Shown here piece by piece: positions 39,308-49,555 of a stretch of 64,000 nt of DNA; position 1 is the stretch's first letter; each line of letters starts with the position of its first letter. The notes beneath the pieces were generated by a model. The model made no database searches. It saw only the letters and a list, made by a program, of their open reading frames with translations, and was not told the DNA's origin. The stretch lies in assembly GCA_038321865.1 (NCBI GenBank), contig JBBQFH010000003.1, positions 78,773 to 142,772 on the forward strand, given 5' to 3'. The position numbers and the translations under genes are program-made. This DNA is from Gemmatimonadales bacterium. GTDB taxonomy: Bacteria; Gemmatimonadota; Gemmatimonadetes; Gemmatimonadales; GWC2-71-9.

Positions 39308-39336
39308 TTGACCGGCTCCGCCTGTCCCGTTATCCT
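39308..39336 (+). promoter_or_regulatory. Sigma70 promoter of tRNA-Asn
   Basis: TTGACC-17 bp-TATCCT. Confidence 0.75.
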
Positions 39337-39352
39337 CCTGTCGCAATTCCGA

Positions 39353-39425
39353 TCCCGAGTAGCTCAGTTGGTAGAGCAGGTGACTGTTAATCACCGGGTC
39401 GGGGGTTCGAGTCCCTCCTCGGGAG
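39353..39425 (+). tRNA. tRNA-Asn (anticodon GTT)
   Basis: Acceptor stem TCCCGAG/CTCGGGA, anticodon arm GGTGA-CTGTTAA-TCACC, T loop GGTTCGAGTCC. CCA is not encoded. Confidence 0.97.
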
Positions 39426-39451
39426 CTGCTGCAGGGCTGAATCCACGCGTC

Positions 39452-39487
39452 AGGGCCTGGCCAGTCGTCGCAGGCCTTGTCTTTTAT
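39452..39487 (+). terminator. Probable terminator after tRNA-Asn
   Basis: AGGGCCTG...CAGGCCTT followed by GTCTTTT. Confidence 0.5.
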
Positions 39488-39499
39488 GCCCCAGTTTCG

Positions 39500-40162
39500 T
39501 TACGCCCGTCCTCCACCCGGCCCGAATTCCATCTCGGTGGCGCGCCACATGTACCAGCTGGCGACGCTCCGGAACGGCCGCCATCGTTCGGCGTGTGCGG
39601 TCAGCTCCCGCGGCGTCGGCATCGCGTCGAGGCCGTAGGCGAGGGCGAAGCCCTTCCGGACGCCCAGGTCTCCCACCGGCAACACGTCGGGCCGCCCCAG
39701 CCGGAACATCAGCAGCATTTCGACCGTCCACACGCCGATGCCTCGCACCGTGGTCAACCGCTCGATGATTTCCGCGTCCGGCATCCGCCGCACGCGCGCC
39801 AGCGTCGGTACGGTGCCATCCACGGTATGCCGAGCGAGGTCCTTGAGCGCCGCGGTCTTCGCGCCCGAGAGTCCGGCCGAGCGGAGCGACGACTCCGGTG
39901 CGGCGAGAATATCCTGGGGGGTAGGGAATCGCTTGGGGAGGAACAGGCGGCGGGTCCGTTCGAGGATGGTCGCGGCCGCCTTTCCCGAGAGCTGCTGGTA
40001 GACGATCGATTCCATCAGCGCTGCGAACAGGCTCTGCGTCGGTCGCGTCCGGAGCTCGAATGGAACCGACCGCTTCATGACGTCGCGCAGCACGGGGTCG
40101 GCGCGCCGGAGGTGGCGCGCCGCGGTGGCGGGATCGAACGTGAGGATGGCTGCTGGCGGCAC
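39500..40162 (-). CDS. alkA: DNA-3-methyladenine glycosylase II (HhH-GPD)
   Basis: SIVYQQLSGKAA, LTTVRGIGVWT, DVLPVGDLGV, WRPFRS. Start estimated. Confidence 0.9.
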   Translation of the reverse strand: MPPAAILTFDPATAARHLRRADPVLRDVMKRSVPFELRTRPTQSLFAALMESIVYQQLSGKAAATILERTRRLFLPKRFPTPQDILAAPESSLRSAGLSGAKTAALKDLARHTVDGTVPTLARVRRMPDAEIIERLTTVRGIGVWTVEMLLMFRLGRPDVLPVGDLGVRKGFALAYGLDAMPTPRELTAHAERWRPFRSVASWYMWRATEMEFGPGGGRA

Positions 40163-40201
40163 GACGTTCTCCAGGCGGACGAGGCGGATATCTTCCTGCG
40201 C

Positions 40202-41632
40202 ATGACTCCCGAACAATTTCGCCGGCATGCGCACGAGCTGGTAGACTGGATGGCCGACTATCTGGCCGATGTCGGCGACCGGCGCATCGTGCCCGAGCTC
40301 GCGCCCGGAAACGTGCGCAGCGCGCTTCCTCCGGCGCCGCCGGAACGTGGCGAACCCTTCGACCGGATCGCGAAAGACTTCCGCGAGCTGATCGTGCCGG
40401 GCATGACTCACTGGAATCATCCAGGGTGGTTCGGCTATTTCCCCGCGAATAACAGCCCGCCGTCCATCCTCGCCGAGATGCTGACGGCGACGCTCGGTGC
40501 CCAGTGCATGTCATGGCAGACCTCGCCCGCGGCGACTGAGCTCGAGCAGCTGGTGATGGAGTGGCTGCGCCAGCTGCTCGAGCTGCCGGAGGGATTTACC
40601 GGTGTCATCCAGGATACGTCCTCGACCGCCACGCTCGTGGCCCTGCTGTCAGCGCGCGAGCGGGCGACGGCACACCAGGCCGGCAGCGCCGGACTGGGTG
40701 CCATGGGTGGCCCCGCGCTCACGGTCTACGCCTCGGCCGAAGCGCATTCGTCGGTGGCCAAGGGCGTGAAGCTGGCCGGATACGGGCTCGACCAGCTGCG
40801 GCTGATCCCGGTGGACGAGCACTTCGCGATGCGTCCGGAGGTGCTGGCGGAGGCGATCGCGGCCGATGTGGCGGCCGGCCGGCGGCCGGCCTGCGTCGTC
40901 GCCACGGTCGGCACTACGCCGTCCACTGCGATCGATCCGCTCCGCGCGATCGGGGAGATCTGCCGGGGGTTCGGGGTGTGGCTCCACGTGGATGCGTCTT
41001 ACGCGGGCGCGGCCGCGATGCTGCCCGAGCGCCGCGCGACCATCGACGGCGTCGAGCTGGCCGACAGCTTCGTCTTCAACCCGCACAAGTGGCTGCTTAC
41101 GAACTTCGACTGCTCGGCCTACTTCGTGCGCGACGTGGACACCCTGCTGCGCACCTTCCAGACGACACCGGAGTATCTCAGGACGCCGTGCGATCCTGAC
41201 GTGGCGAACTTTCGCGACTGGGGGATCCCGCTCGGGCGCCGCTTCCGCGCGCTGAAGCTCTGGTTCGTCATCCGAAGCTACGGCGCGGAGGGCCTCCGCG
41301 CGATGCTGCGGCGCCACATCGCGCTGGCGGCCGAGTTTCGCTCGTGGGTCGAGGTGGAACCGGGGTTCCGGGTGCTGGCACCATCGCCGTTCGGACTGGT
41401 CTGCTTCCGGGCGGAGCCGCCCGGGCTCGCCGGGCGGGAGCCGGAGCTGGATGAGTGGAACCGATCTCTCCTCGCCAGAGTGAACGCCGACGGACGGGTA
41501 TTCCTGACCCACACGGTGCTGGGTGGCCGATTCGCCATTCGGCTGGCGGTGGGCCAGTGGCAGACGGGTGCTGACGACGTGGCCAGGGCGTGGGCGCTGA
41601 TCCGGGGGGCAAACGTGCGTGGCTCAGCGTGA
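40202..41632 (+). CDS. Group II PLP-dependent decarboxylase (aromatic-L-amino-acid decarboxylase-like)
   Basis: PGMTHWNHP, SPAATELE, AHSSV, HVDASY, NPHKWL, GRRFRALKLWF. Confidence 0.93.
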   Translation: MTPEQFRRHAHELVDWMADYLADVGDRRIVPELAPGNVRSALPPAPPERGEPFDRIAKDFRELIVPGMTHWNHPGWFGYFPANNSPPSILAEMLTATLGAQCMSWQTSPAATELEQLVMEWLRQLLELPEGFTGVIQDTSSTATLVALLSARERATAHQAGSAGLGAMGGPALTVYASAEAHSSVAKGVKLAGYGLDQLRLIPVDEHFAMRPEVLAEAIAADVAAGRRPACVVATVGTTPSTAIDPLRAIGEICRGFGVWLHVDASYAGAAAMLPERRATIDGVELADSFVFNPHKWLLTNFDCSAYFVRDVDTLLRTFQTTPEYLRTPCDPDVANFRDWGIPLGRRFRALKLWFVIRSYGAEGLRAMLRRHIALAAEFRSWVEVEPGFRVLAPSPFGLVCFRAEPPGLAGREPELDEWNRSLLARVNADGRVFLTHTVLGGRFAIRLAVGQWQTGADDVARAWALIRGANVRGSA

Positions 41633-41666
41633 CACACCTGCGTGAAATCCACGGTGCCGCCCCTGC

Positions 41667-44459
41667 CTAGCGTGCGGCAGTGGCGACGTCGGTCAGCAGC
41701 GGAGCGAGATAGCGCCCTGTGTGGGACTCGCCCAGCTCCACGATCTGTTCCGGCGTGCCTTGGCCGACCACGCGTCCCCCGTCGTTTCCCGCCTCGGGTC
41801 CCATGTCGATCACCCAGTCCGCCCGCTTGATGACATCGAGATGGTGTTCGATGACGACGACCGTGTGCCCGGCGTCTACCAGGCGGTCGAGCACCTGGAT
41901 GAGCACGCGCACGTCGTCGAGATGGAGGCCGGTGGTCGGCTCATCGAGGATGTAGAGCTTCCGGCCGGCCTTCCGGCCCGCGCTTGCCAGCTCGCGAGCA
42001 ATCTTCAGGCGCTGGGCCTCCCCTCCGGAGAGCGTGGTCGCGGGCTGGCCGAGGCGCAGGTATCCGAGGCCGACCTGCTGCAGGTGCCAGAGCGCGGTGC
42101 CCAGCCGGGGCTGGTGGCGGAAGCGTGAGATCGCCTCCTCAACGGTCCACTGCAGCACGTCGTGAATCGAGCAGCCGTGGATCCGGACCTCGAGCACTTC
42201 GCGCCGGTAGCGTGTGCCGCCGCAGACCTCGCACGGCACGAAGACGTCGGCGAGAAACACCATCTCGACCTGCACGTGCCCGGCCCCCTCGCAGGCATCG
42301 CAACGGCCGCCGGGGAGGTTGAACGAGAAGGTCGCCGCACTGTACTTCCGCTGCCGGGCCAGCGGCTGCTCCGCGAACAGCTCGCGGATCTCGTCGAACG
42401 CCTTGATGTACGTCACCGGGTTGGAACGTGGGGACCGTCCGATCGGCGACTGATCCACCATCAGCACATCCTGCAAAAACTCCCACCCCGTGATCGACCT
42501 GACCGCGCCCACCGGCTCGCCCAGGTGCGACTTGGCCGAATGGCCGCCGTGGATGCGCGCTTCCAGGTTCCGGTAGATCACGTCGTAGATCAGGCTGCTC
42601 TTTCCGGAGCCGGAGACGCCGGTGATCGCCGTCAGTGTGCCGAGCGGAATATCAACGTCGACATCGCGGAGGTTGTGCAGCGTCGCGCCGCGCACGCGCA
42701 GCCACTGGGGCCCCGCCGCCCGCCGCTCGGCCGGCACGCCGATGCGCTTCTCGCCGCTGAGGTACTGGCCGGTGAGCGAACCGCCGGCGGTCTCGAGCGG
42801 GCCTGCGTGCACGACCTGGCCGCCGTGCTCGCCGGAGCCGGGGCCGAGCTCGAGCATGAAATCGGCCTGCTGGATGGCCGCGAGGTCGTGCTCCACCACG
42901 ATGACGGTGTTGCCCGCGTCGCGCAGGCGGCGCAGCAGCGCGAGCAGGCGCCCGGTGTCGCGCGGGTGAAGGCCGATGGACGGTTCGTCGAGCACGTACA
43001 GCGTGTCCACCAGGCGCGATCCCAGGGCGTTGGCGAGGGCGATGCGCTGCGCCTCGCCGCCGGAGAGGGTGCGGGTCTGACGGTCGAGTGAGAGGTAGCC
43101 GAGCCCCACGTCCCGGAGGTAGGTGAGCCGCGCGTCGAGCTGCTCGACGATGAGCTGGGCGATCCGCCGCTCGGTATCGCTCAATTCGAGCGCATCCATC
43201 CACGCCCGTATTCCGTCCACCGGCCGGGCGGCGACGTCGGCGATTCGATCGGCGCCGATCCGGACCGCCAGCGCGCTCCCATTCAGCCGGGTGCCGCCGC
43301 AGGCGTCGCACGTGTGCGCCAGCTGATACTGACGGAGAAAGACCCTGATGTACTGCTTGTAGCGCTTTTCCTCGAGATCCGTGAGAAACGGGAAGATGCC
43401 GATGTAGCGGCCCTTGCGGCCGTGCAGCAGCTCGTGGCGCACGGACGCTTTGAGTTTGGTCCAGGGCTTGTCGGGGTCCGCACCCAGGGCGCGGGCCGTG
43501 TCGAGCAGCAGGCGCCGCCGCGTCTCATAGCGCGGCTTGGTCCAGGGGTCAATCGCCCCCTCGGCGAGACTTCGAGCGGGGTCGGGAACGATGAGCGACT
43601 CGTCGTACTCGAGCGTCGCACCGAAGCCGTTGCAGGCGGGGCAGGCCCCGCGCGGATTGTTGAATGAAAAAAGCGCCGGCGTCACGAGCGGGGCCGGCGT
43701 GTCGCAGGCGCTGCAGGCGGGAAATTCGGTAAAGCGCAGCCGGCCGCCCTCATGCACCGCCAGCGCCACGCCTTCACCCTCCTGAAATGCGGTCGAGACC
43801 GATTCGGCGATGCGGCCGGCCGACGCCGCGTCGGCCGTCAGCCGGTCGACCACGACGATCAGGTCGGCCGACTGGGTCAGATCGATGTCCGGCGGCAGCT
43901 CGTCGAGATGGTATGGGACACCGTCGGCGAGCAGGCGGACGAAGCCCATCGCGCGCAGGTTTTCGACGATGGCGGCGTGACTGTGCCGGGCCGAGGGCGG
44001 GAGCGGGAAGGCGATCTGCAGCCGGCCACTGGCAGCCGACAGGATATCGTCCGTAGCCGACTGCGGCGTGTCGCGCCGGACCGGAGCGCCGCAGACCCGG
44101 CAGTAGCTCCGGCCGAGGCGGGCCCAGAGCAGGCGCAGATAGTCGTAGATCTCCGTGGCCGTGCCGACGGTGGACCGGCTGGACATCGTCGGGTTGCGCT
44201 GCTCGATGGCCACCGCAGGCGCCAGCCCCTCGAGCCGGTCCACCAGCGGCTTCGGCATGCGCTCGAGGAACTGCTTGGCGTAGGTCGAGAGCGACTCGAT
44301 ATAGCGACGCTGCCCCTCAGCGTAGATCGTATCGAAGGCGAGCGTGCTCTTGCCCGAGCCGGAGGGCCCGGTGATGACGATGAGCGACCGGTGCGGGAGG
44401 TCGACGGTGACGCCCTTCAGATTGTTCTGATGGGCGTTGACGATGCGGATGACGGACAC
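41667..44459 (-). CDS. uvrA: Excinuclease ABC subunit A
   Basis: Two Walker A motifs (GSGKS), LSGGEAQR twice, zinc fingers, AEGQRRYIESLS. Confidence 0.96.
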   Translation of the reverse strand: MSVIRIVNAHQNNLKGVTVDLPHRSLIVITGPSGSGKSTLAFDTIYAEGQRRYIESLSTYAKQFLERMPKPLVDRLEGLAPAVAIEQRNPTMSSRSTVGTATEIYDYLRLLWARLGRSYCRVCGAPVRRDTPQSATDDILSAASGRLQIAFPLPPSARHSHAAIVENLRAMGFVRLLADGVPYHLDELPPDIDLTQSADLIVVVDRLTADAASAGRIAESVSTAFQEGEGVALAVHEGGRLRFTEFPACSACDTPAPLVTPALFSFNNPRGACPACNGFGATLEYDESLIVPDPARSLAEGAIDPWTKPRYETRRRLLLDTARALGADPDKPWTKLKASVRHELLHGRKGRYIGIFPFLTDLEEKRYKQYIRVFLRQYQLAHTCDACGGTRLNGSALAVRIGADRIADVAARPVDGIRAWMDALELSDTERRIAQLIVEQLDARLTYLRDVGLGYLSLDRQTRTLSGGEAQRIALANALGSRLVDTLYVLDEPSIGLHPRDTGRLLALLRRLRDAGNTVIVVEHDLAAIQQADFMLELGPGSGEHGGQVVHAGPLETAGGSLTGQYLSGEKRIGVPAERRAAGPQWLRVRGATLHNLRDVDVDIPLGTLTAITGVSGSGKSSLIYDVIYRNLEARIHGGHSAKSHLGEPVGAVRSITGWEFLQDVLMVDQSPIGRSPRSNPVTYIKAFDEIRELFAEQPLARQRKYSAATFSFNLPGGRCDACEGAGHVQVEMVFLADVFVPCEVCGGTRYRREVLEVRIHGCSIHDVLQWTVEEAISRFRHQPRLGTALWHLQQVGLGYLRLGQPATTLSGGEAQRLKIARELASAGRKAGRKLYILDEPTTGLHLDDVRVLIQVLDRLVDAGHTVVVIEHHLDVIKRADWVIDMGPEAGNDGGRVVGQGTPEQIVELGESHTGRYLAPLLTDVATAAR

Positions 44460-44555
44460 GGTCCAAAGATAGCGGTTCGGGATGCTTTCGGGAGTGATCC
44501 GTGGGCGTAATGCCCTACCGCCCCCATGGGCGGAGGGCGTACCTTTAGCGCCTTA

Positions 44556-45620
44556 ATGGCCAAACTCCTCACGCCGAAACTCGTCTTGCGCGGCTTCGAG
44601 ATTTTCGTCGTCGCATCGCTGGTCGGATTCGTCCTCACGCTCGTCTATGGCAACAATCTCCCGGCGTTCCTGGCGGCTCTCGGGCGGCTGCACTGGGCCT
44701 GGCTGCTCGTCGGGCTGGGCCTGGCGTCCATGGACTGGATCGGCGGCGGGCTTCGGCTCTGGGTGGTGGCGCGCGAGGCGTACCCCGACCCGCCGCTGAA
44801 GGGCATGATCCTCGCCGGCGGGATGAGTGCATGGGCCGCCTACGTCACCCCGCTGCAGTCGGGGGCGGGGCCCATGATGATGTACACCATGCGGCGCTAT
44901 GGCGTACCATTGCCGGTGGCGGTCACCTCCACGCTCATGACCTTCATCGCGACCGTGGCCTTCTTCGCCATCGCCGGGCCGCTGGCGATCGTCTTCGGCG
45001 CCGGGAAGTCACTCGGCGAGCGCGGGCACGTGCTGGGGCTCTCGCTGTACGATCTCTTCCTCGGCAGCCTCGGCATCTTCGGCGGGCTCGGCCTCCTGCT
45101 CGTCACGGTCATCGTCTTTCCCAAGCTGGTGCGAGACCTCATCCAGCGGCTGGCCGAGCGGCTCAGCCGCCGAAGCGAACGGCTGTCCTCGCGCCTGGCT
45201 CGGCTCAGCCACGGGCTGGATGAGGCGCATGCGAGCGTCGTCGCCTTCAACACGCCCCGCGGCTGGCTGGCGCTCTTCTGGGCGGTTCTCCTGTCGGCGC
45301 CCTCCCACGCCAACAAGCTGCTCGCCGGCTACGTGACTCTCCGGGTGCTCGGTATCGAGGTGCAGTTCGTAGACGTGTTGCTGCTGCAGACGCTCATCAC
45401 CTTTCTCCTGTATTTTGCGCCGACGCCGGGCGCCTCCGGAATCGCGGAGCTCATGTCCGCGGCGGTCATGTCGGTGTATGTGCCGCGCGAACTGACGCCG
45501 ATCTACACCCTGATCTGGCGCATGATCCTCAGCTACTTCACCATCGCCTTCGGCTTCTTCGTCTTTTCCGGCTGGGTGCGGAAGGGGCTCAAGGGCATCG
45601 ACGACGGAGCGGCCGTCTAG
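44556..45620 (+). CDS. Lysylphosphatidylglycerol-synthase TM-domain (flippase-like) protein
   Basis: Multiple TM helices, VTPLQSGAGP, PTPGASGIAE, LIWRMILSY. Confidence 0.85.
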   Translation: MAKLLTPKLVLRGFEIFVVASLVGFVLTLVYGNNLPAFLAALGRLHWAWLLVGLGLASMDWIGGGLRLWVVAREAYPDPPLKGMILAGGMSAWAAYVTPLQSGAGPMMMYTMRRYGVPLPVAVTSTLMTFIATVAFFAIAGPLAIVFGAGKSLGERGHVLGLSLYDLFLGSLGIFGGLGLLLVTVIVFPKLVRDLIQRLAERLSRRSERLSSRLARLSHGLDEAHASVVAFNTPRGWLALFWAVLLSAPSHANKLLAGYVTLRVLGIEVQFVDVLLLQTLITFLLYFAPTPGASGIAELMSAAVMSVYVPRELTPIYTLIWRMILSYFTIAFGFFVFSGWVRKGLKGIDDGAAV

Positions 45621-47408
45621 GTGGACGGCCAGACCGACGAGGTCCCCGCCCGGGGATACGATCCGCTGCTGCTCCGACGGCTGCTCCGGTATCTGCGGCC
45701 GCATGGCTGGCTCACCGCGGCCGCGATCGTGCTCCTGCTGGGCAGCGCGTCGCTGGCGCTGGTGGGGCCGGAGCTGACGCGACGCGCCATCGATGTCGCC
45801 ATTCCCGCGCGCGACACGGGGCTCCTCGCCACGCTCGCGGCACTCTTCTTCGCCTCCCTTCTGCTCGAGTTCCTGACCGACTACGGCCAGGCGCTGTTGA
45901 CGACGATCATCGGCCAGCGGGTGATGTACGACCTCCGGCTCGCCATCTTCGCTCACCTGCAGCGGCTGAGCATTCGCTACTTCGACACCCATCCGGTCGG
46001 CCGGCTGATGACGCGCGTGACCAGCGACGTCGAGACGCTGAACGAGCTCTTTTCATCCGGGCTCGTCACCGTTTTCGGCGATCTCTTCACGCTGCTGGCG
46101 ATCATGACCCTGATGCTGCTGACCGACTGGCGGCTCGCCCTGGTCGCCTTTGCGGTCATTCCCTTTGTCTGGCTCACCGCCACGGTGTTCCGGCACCAGG
46201 TGCGCGAGGCATTTCGCGACATCCGGACCCGGCTGGCGCGGCTCAACAGCTTTCTCCAGGAACACCTGTCGGGCATGCGCGTGGTCCAGCTGTTCGGCCG
46301 CGAAGGCGCCGAAGCGGAGCGGTTCGACGTGCTCAACCGGGACCACCTCGACGCCCATCTCCGGTCGATCACGGTGTATGCCGTGTTCTTCCCCGTCATC
46401 GAGGCGCTCTCGGCGGTGGCGCTGGCCCTCCTGCTGTTCTACGGCGGGGGCCGCGCACTCGACGGGACGCTGACCGTGGGCGTGCTGGCGGCGTTCATCC
46501 AGCTCACGCGACGGTTTTTCCAGCCGCTGCAGGACCTGTCGGAGAAGGTGAACCTGCTGCAGAGCGCCATGGCATCGTCGGAACGGGTCTTCCAGCTGCT
46601 GGACGAGCCGATCGACGTGGCGGAGCCGGTCGCGGCGGTCGCGCTGCCGGGTCCCGCCCGCGGCGAGCTCCGGTTCGAAGGCGTCTGGTTTCGCTACAGC
46701 GACACCGGGCCGTGGGTCCTGAAGGACGTGTCGTTCGTGGCGGCGCCGGGGACGACGGTCGCGCTGGTGGGGCACACCGGGGCAGGGAAATCCACGATCA
46801 TCAACCTGCTGCTCCGCTTCTACGATCCGGTGCAAGGCCGGATCACGGTGGACGGCGTGGACATTCGCGCCCTCTCCACCGACGTACTGCGGGGGTTGAT
46901 CGGGTTCGTCCAGCAGGACCTGTTCCTGTTCGCGGGCGATATCCTGCACAACCTCGTCCTCGATGCCCCGATCTCACCGGAGGCCGCGGCGGAGTCGGCC
47001 CGACGGGTCGGGGCCGACCGGTTCATCGCCCGCCTCCCGGCCGGATACCACCATATACTTGGCGAGCGTGGCCGCAGCCTGAGCGTGGGCGAGCGCCAGC
47101 TGCTCAGTTTTGCCCGGGCCCTGGCGCGCGATCCCACGATTCTCGTCCTCGACGAGGCGACGAGCTCGGTGGACGCGGAAGCGGAGGCCCAGATCCAGTC
47201 GGCGCTCGCCGAGCTGATGGCCGGACGCACCAGCCTGATCGTCGCGCACCGGCTGAGCACCGTGCTTCACGCCGATGAAATTCTGGTGTTGCACCATGGT
47301 GAGATCAGGGAGCGGGGCGCCCACCGGGCATTGCTGGCACACCGGGGCCTCTACGAACGGCTCTACCGGTTGCAGCAGTATGGTGGGGCGGAACGCCGGA
47401 GCGCCTGA
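45621..47408 (+). CDS. ABC exporter, fused permease/ATPase (MdlB-like)
   Basis: TM domain, GHTGAGKS, LSVGERQ, LDEATS, AHRLST. Confidence 0.95.
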   Translation: MDGQTDEVPARGYDPLLLRRLLRYLRPHGWLTAAAIVLLLGSASLALVGPELTRRAIDVAIPARDTGLLATLAALFFASLLLEFLTDYGQALLTTIIGQRVMYDLRLAIFAHLQRLSIRYFDTHPVGRLMTRVTSDVETLNELFSSGLVTVFGDLFTLLAIMTLMLLTDWRLALVAFAVIPFVWLTATVFRHQVREAFRDIRTRLARLNSFLQEHLSGMRVVQLFGREGAEAERFDVLNRDHLDAHLRSITVYAVFFPVIEALSAVALALLLFYGGGRALDGTLTVGVLAAFIQLTRRFFQPLQDLSEKVNLLQSAMASSERVFQLLDEPIDVAEPVAAVALPGPARGELRFEGVWFRYSDTGPWVLKDVSFVAAPGTTVALVGHTGAGKSTIINLLLRFYDPVQGRITVDGVDIRALSTDVLRGLIGFVQQDLFLFAGDILHNLVLDAPISPEAAAESARRVGADRFIARLPAGYHHILGERGRSLSVGERQLLSFARALARDPTILVLDEATSSVDAEAEAQIQSALAELMAGRTSLIVAHRLSTVLHADEILVLHHGEIRERGAHRALLAHRGLYERLYRLQQYGGAERRSA

Positions 47409-47483
47409 ATTGGTCGCTTGCGGAGGTCGGATTGGACCGGGTACGTTTGACCGAAATCGATCATTCCCTCGACGCGATCGCCC

Positions 47484-48734
47484 ATGATGCACCTTGAAGC
47501 GGGTGGACGGACCTACCCGATCGCCGTTGGTGAGCTTGTGATCGGGTCCGGCGCGGGTGCCTCGGTCCTGCTCCCCGGCGACGGCGTGGCCGAGCGTCAC
47601 GCGCTCGTCCAGGGCTCGGCCGACGGGGGAGCGGCCGTTCGCGCCTGTCCGGGCGCCGAGGTGCTGGTCAACGGCGTGCGCCTGGGGGGTGATCCGACGC
47701 CCCTGCTGCACGGCGACAAGCTCAGGATCGGCGGTACGGAGCTGCTCGTCGTGGATGCCCGGCGAGCGGGGCGGACGCAGATCATGAATGCCGCGGCCCT
47801 GGCCGATGCCACGGCCGTCGTGCTGCCGAAGGGGAACCGGCGTCCGAGCGGCGGGCGGGTGGTCTGCCTGACCGACGGGCGGGAATACCCCGTGGGGGAG
47901 GGCCCCCTGGTGTTCGGGCGGGAGGCGGGTGCCGACGTGGTGGTGCCGAGTGATGACGTGTCCCGTCAGCACGCCGAGATCAAGGCCACGGATGCGGGCT
48001 ACGTGCTGATGGACCTGAGTGCGAACGGCACCTTCGTGAACGGTGGGCGGGTCGAGGGGGCGCGACCGCTGGTGCGGGCCGACATCATTCGCGTCGGCCC
48101 GGACGAGTTCCGCTTTCACGCCGATCCCGACGGCCCGCCCCCGGGGGCCGAGCAGCAGCTCAACGATACGCTCCACGGCGTCCGCTCCACGCCGTTGCCG
48201 GGTATCCCGGTCGCACCGCCGCTGCTGGCGTCGCTGCTGGGTCGTTCCGGAGCGCTCAAGGGGACCCGGTTCGCGATACGCGCGACGGTGGCGAGTGTCG
48301 GACGGGGCGAATACAACGATGTCGTGCTCCCCGATCCGAGCGTGAGCACGATGCACGCCAAGCTGCAGCGTCGCGATGACGTCTGGGTGGTGGTCGATCT
48401 GGGATCCACCAACGGGACGTTCGTGGACGATGAGATGGCCAATGAGGACATGGCGCTGTCACCCGGAACCTCACTGAGGTTCGGCGAGGTGCTGCTGCTG
48501 TTCGAACCATTCGATGACGTGGCGGAGTCCGCGGCGCGTGACACCCAGGCAGTGGCGAGCCTGGATTCCGCCGACCCGGCCGCCGGTGCGCCGTCCGACC
48601 CGGGCGTTGCGAAGCCGACGAGACGCCGCCAGACTTCCCGACCCGCCAAGCGCGGGGACCGGACTTCGGTAATCGTGGCCGTGGCGGTGGTGCTGCTCGC
48701 GGCGATGGCGGTCGCCTTCATGATGCTGACATAG
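47484..48734 (+). CDS. Triple FHA-domain protein with C-terminal TM anchor
   Basis: Three FHA motif sets: (IGS..VAERHA), (FGR..VSRQHA..SANGT), (VGR..VSTMHA..STNGT). Confidence 0.9.
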   Translation: MMHLEAGGRTYPIAVGELVIGSGAGASVLLPGDGVAERHALVQGSADGGAAVRACPGAEVLVNGVRLGGDPTPLLHGDKLRIGGTELLVVDARRAGRTQIMNAAALADATAVVLPKGNRRPSGGRVVCLTDGREYPVGEGPLVFGREAGADVVVPSDDVSRQHAEIKATDAGYVLMDLSANGTFVNGGRVEGARPLVRADIIRVGPDEFRFHADPDGPPPGAEQQLNDTLHGVRSTPLPGIPVAPPLLASLLGRSGALKGTRFAIRATVASVGRGEYNDVVLPDPSVSTMHAKLQRRDDVWVVVDLGSTNGTFVDDEMANEDMALSPGTSLRFGEVLLLFEPFDDVAESAARDTQAVASLDSADPAAGAPSDPGVAKPTRRRQTSRPAKRGDRTSVIVAVAVVLLAAMAVAFMMLT

Positions 48735-48743
48735 CGGAGCCAC

Positions 48744-49526
48744 GTGCACTTCACCTGTGCGGCCCGAACCGACGTCGGCATCGTCCGGTCGGGTAACGAA
48801 GACAACTACCTGATGCTCGCCGAGCGCGGGATCTTCATCGTCGCCGACGGCATGGGGGGCCACGCCGCCGGCGAAGTCGCGAGCGAGATGGCCGTGCGCA
48901 CGATCTCCCGCGAGATCGGCTCGTTGCGCGGGCTCGGCGATCAGGAAGCCGGTGAGCGGATCGGGAACGCGATCCGGAGCGCGAACGACGCCATCTTCTC
49001 CCGCACGCTTTCCGAGCACGACAAGCGCGGCATGGGCACCACGGCGACCGTCCTGGTCCTCCAGCCCAAGCGCTACCTGATCGGCCAGGTCGGCGACAGC
49101 CGCGCCTACCTGCTGCGAAACGGCGAGATGCTGCAGCTGACCAAGGACCACTCGTACGTGCAGGAGCAGGTCGATGCCGGGCTGCTCACCCCGGACCAGG
49201 CACGGGTCCATCCCTACAGCAACGTGATCACTCGCTGCGTCGGCGCCGGCGTCGATGTGACGCCCGACGTCTATGCCGGAACGCTCGAGGAGGGGGACAT
49301 CGTCCTGCTCGCCTCCGATGGGCTGACCGGCATGCTGGAAGACGAGCAGCTGACCCGCATCCTTCAGTCCGAGGGCGGCCCGCAACGCTGGGTGGACCGG
49401 CTCATCACCGAAGCGAACCGCCGCGGCGGGCTCGACAACATCTCGGCGATCGTCGTGCGCATCGACAACATCGAGACCAAGACCGGCGAACACAGTCTCG
49501 CCAGCACCCCCAGCCAAAACCCCTAG
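48744..49526 (+). CDS. PP2C/Stp1-family Ser/Thr phosphatase
   Basis: RSGNED, VADGMGG, GDSR, SDGL, GGLDNIS. Confidence 0.95.
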   Translation: MHFTCAARTDVGIVRSGNEDNYLMLAERGIFIVADGMGGHAAGEVASEMAVRTISREIGSLRGLGDQEAGERIGNAIRSANDAIFSRTLSEHDKRGMGTTATVLVLQPKRYLIGQVGDSRAYLLRNGEMLQLTKDHSYVQEQVDAGLLTPDQARVHPYSNVITRCVGAGVDVTPDVYAGTLEEGDIVLLASDGLTGMLEDEQLTRILQSEGGPQRWVDRLITEANRRGGLDNISAIVVRIDNIETKTGEHSLASTPSQNP

Positions 49527-49555
49527 CCCACCCGGCCAGTCGATCGGCGCCCGAC

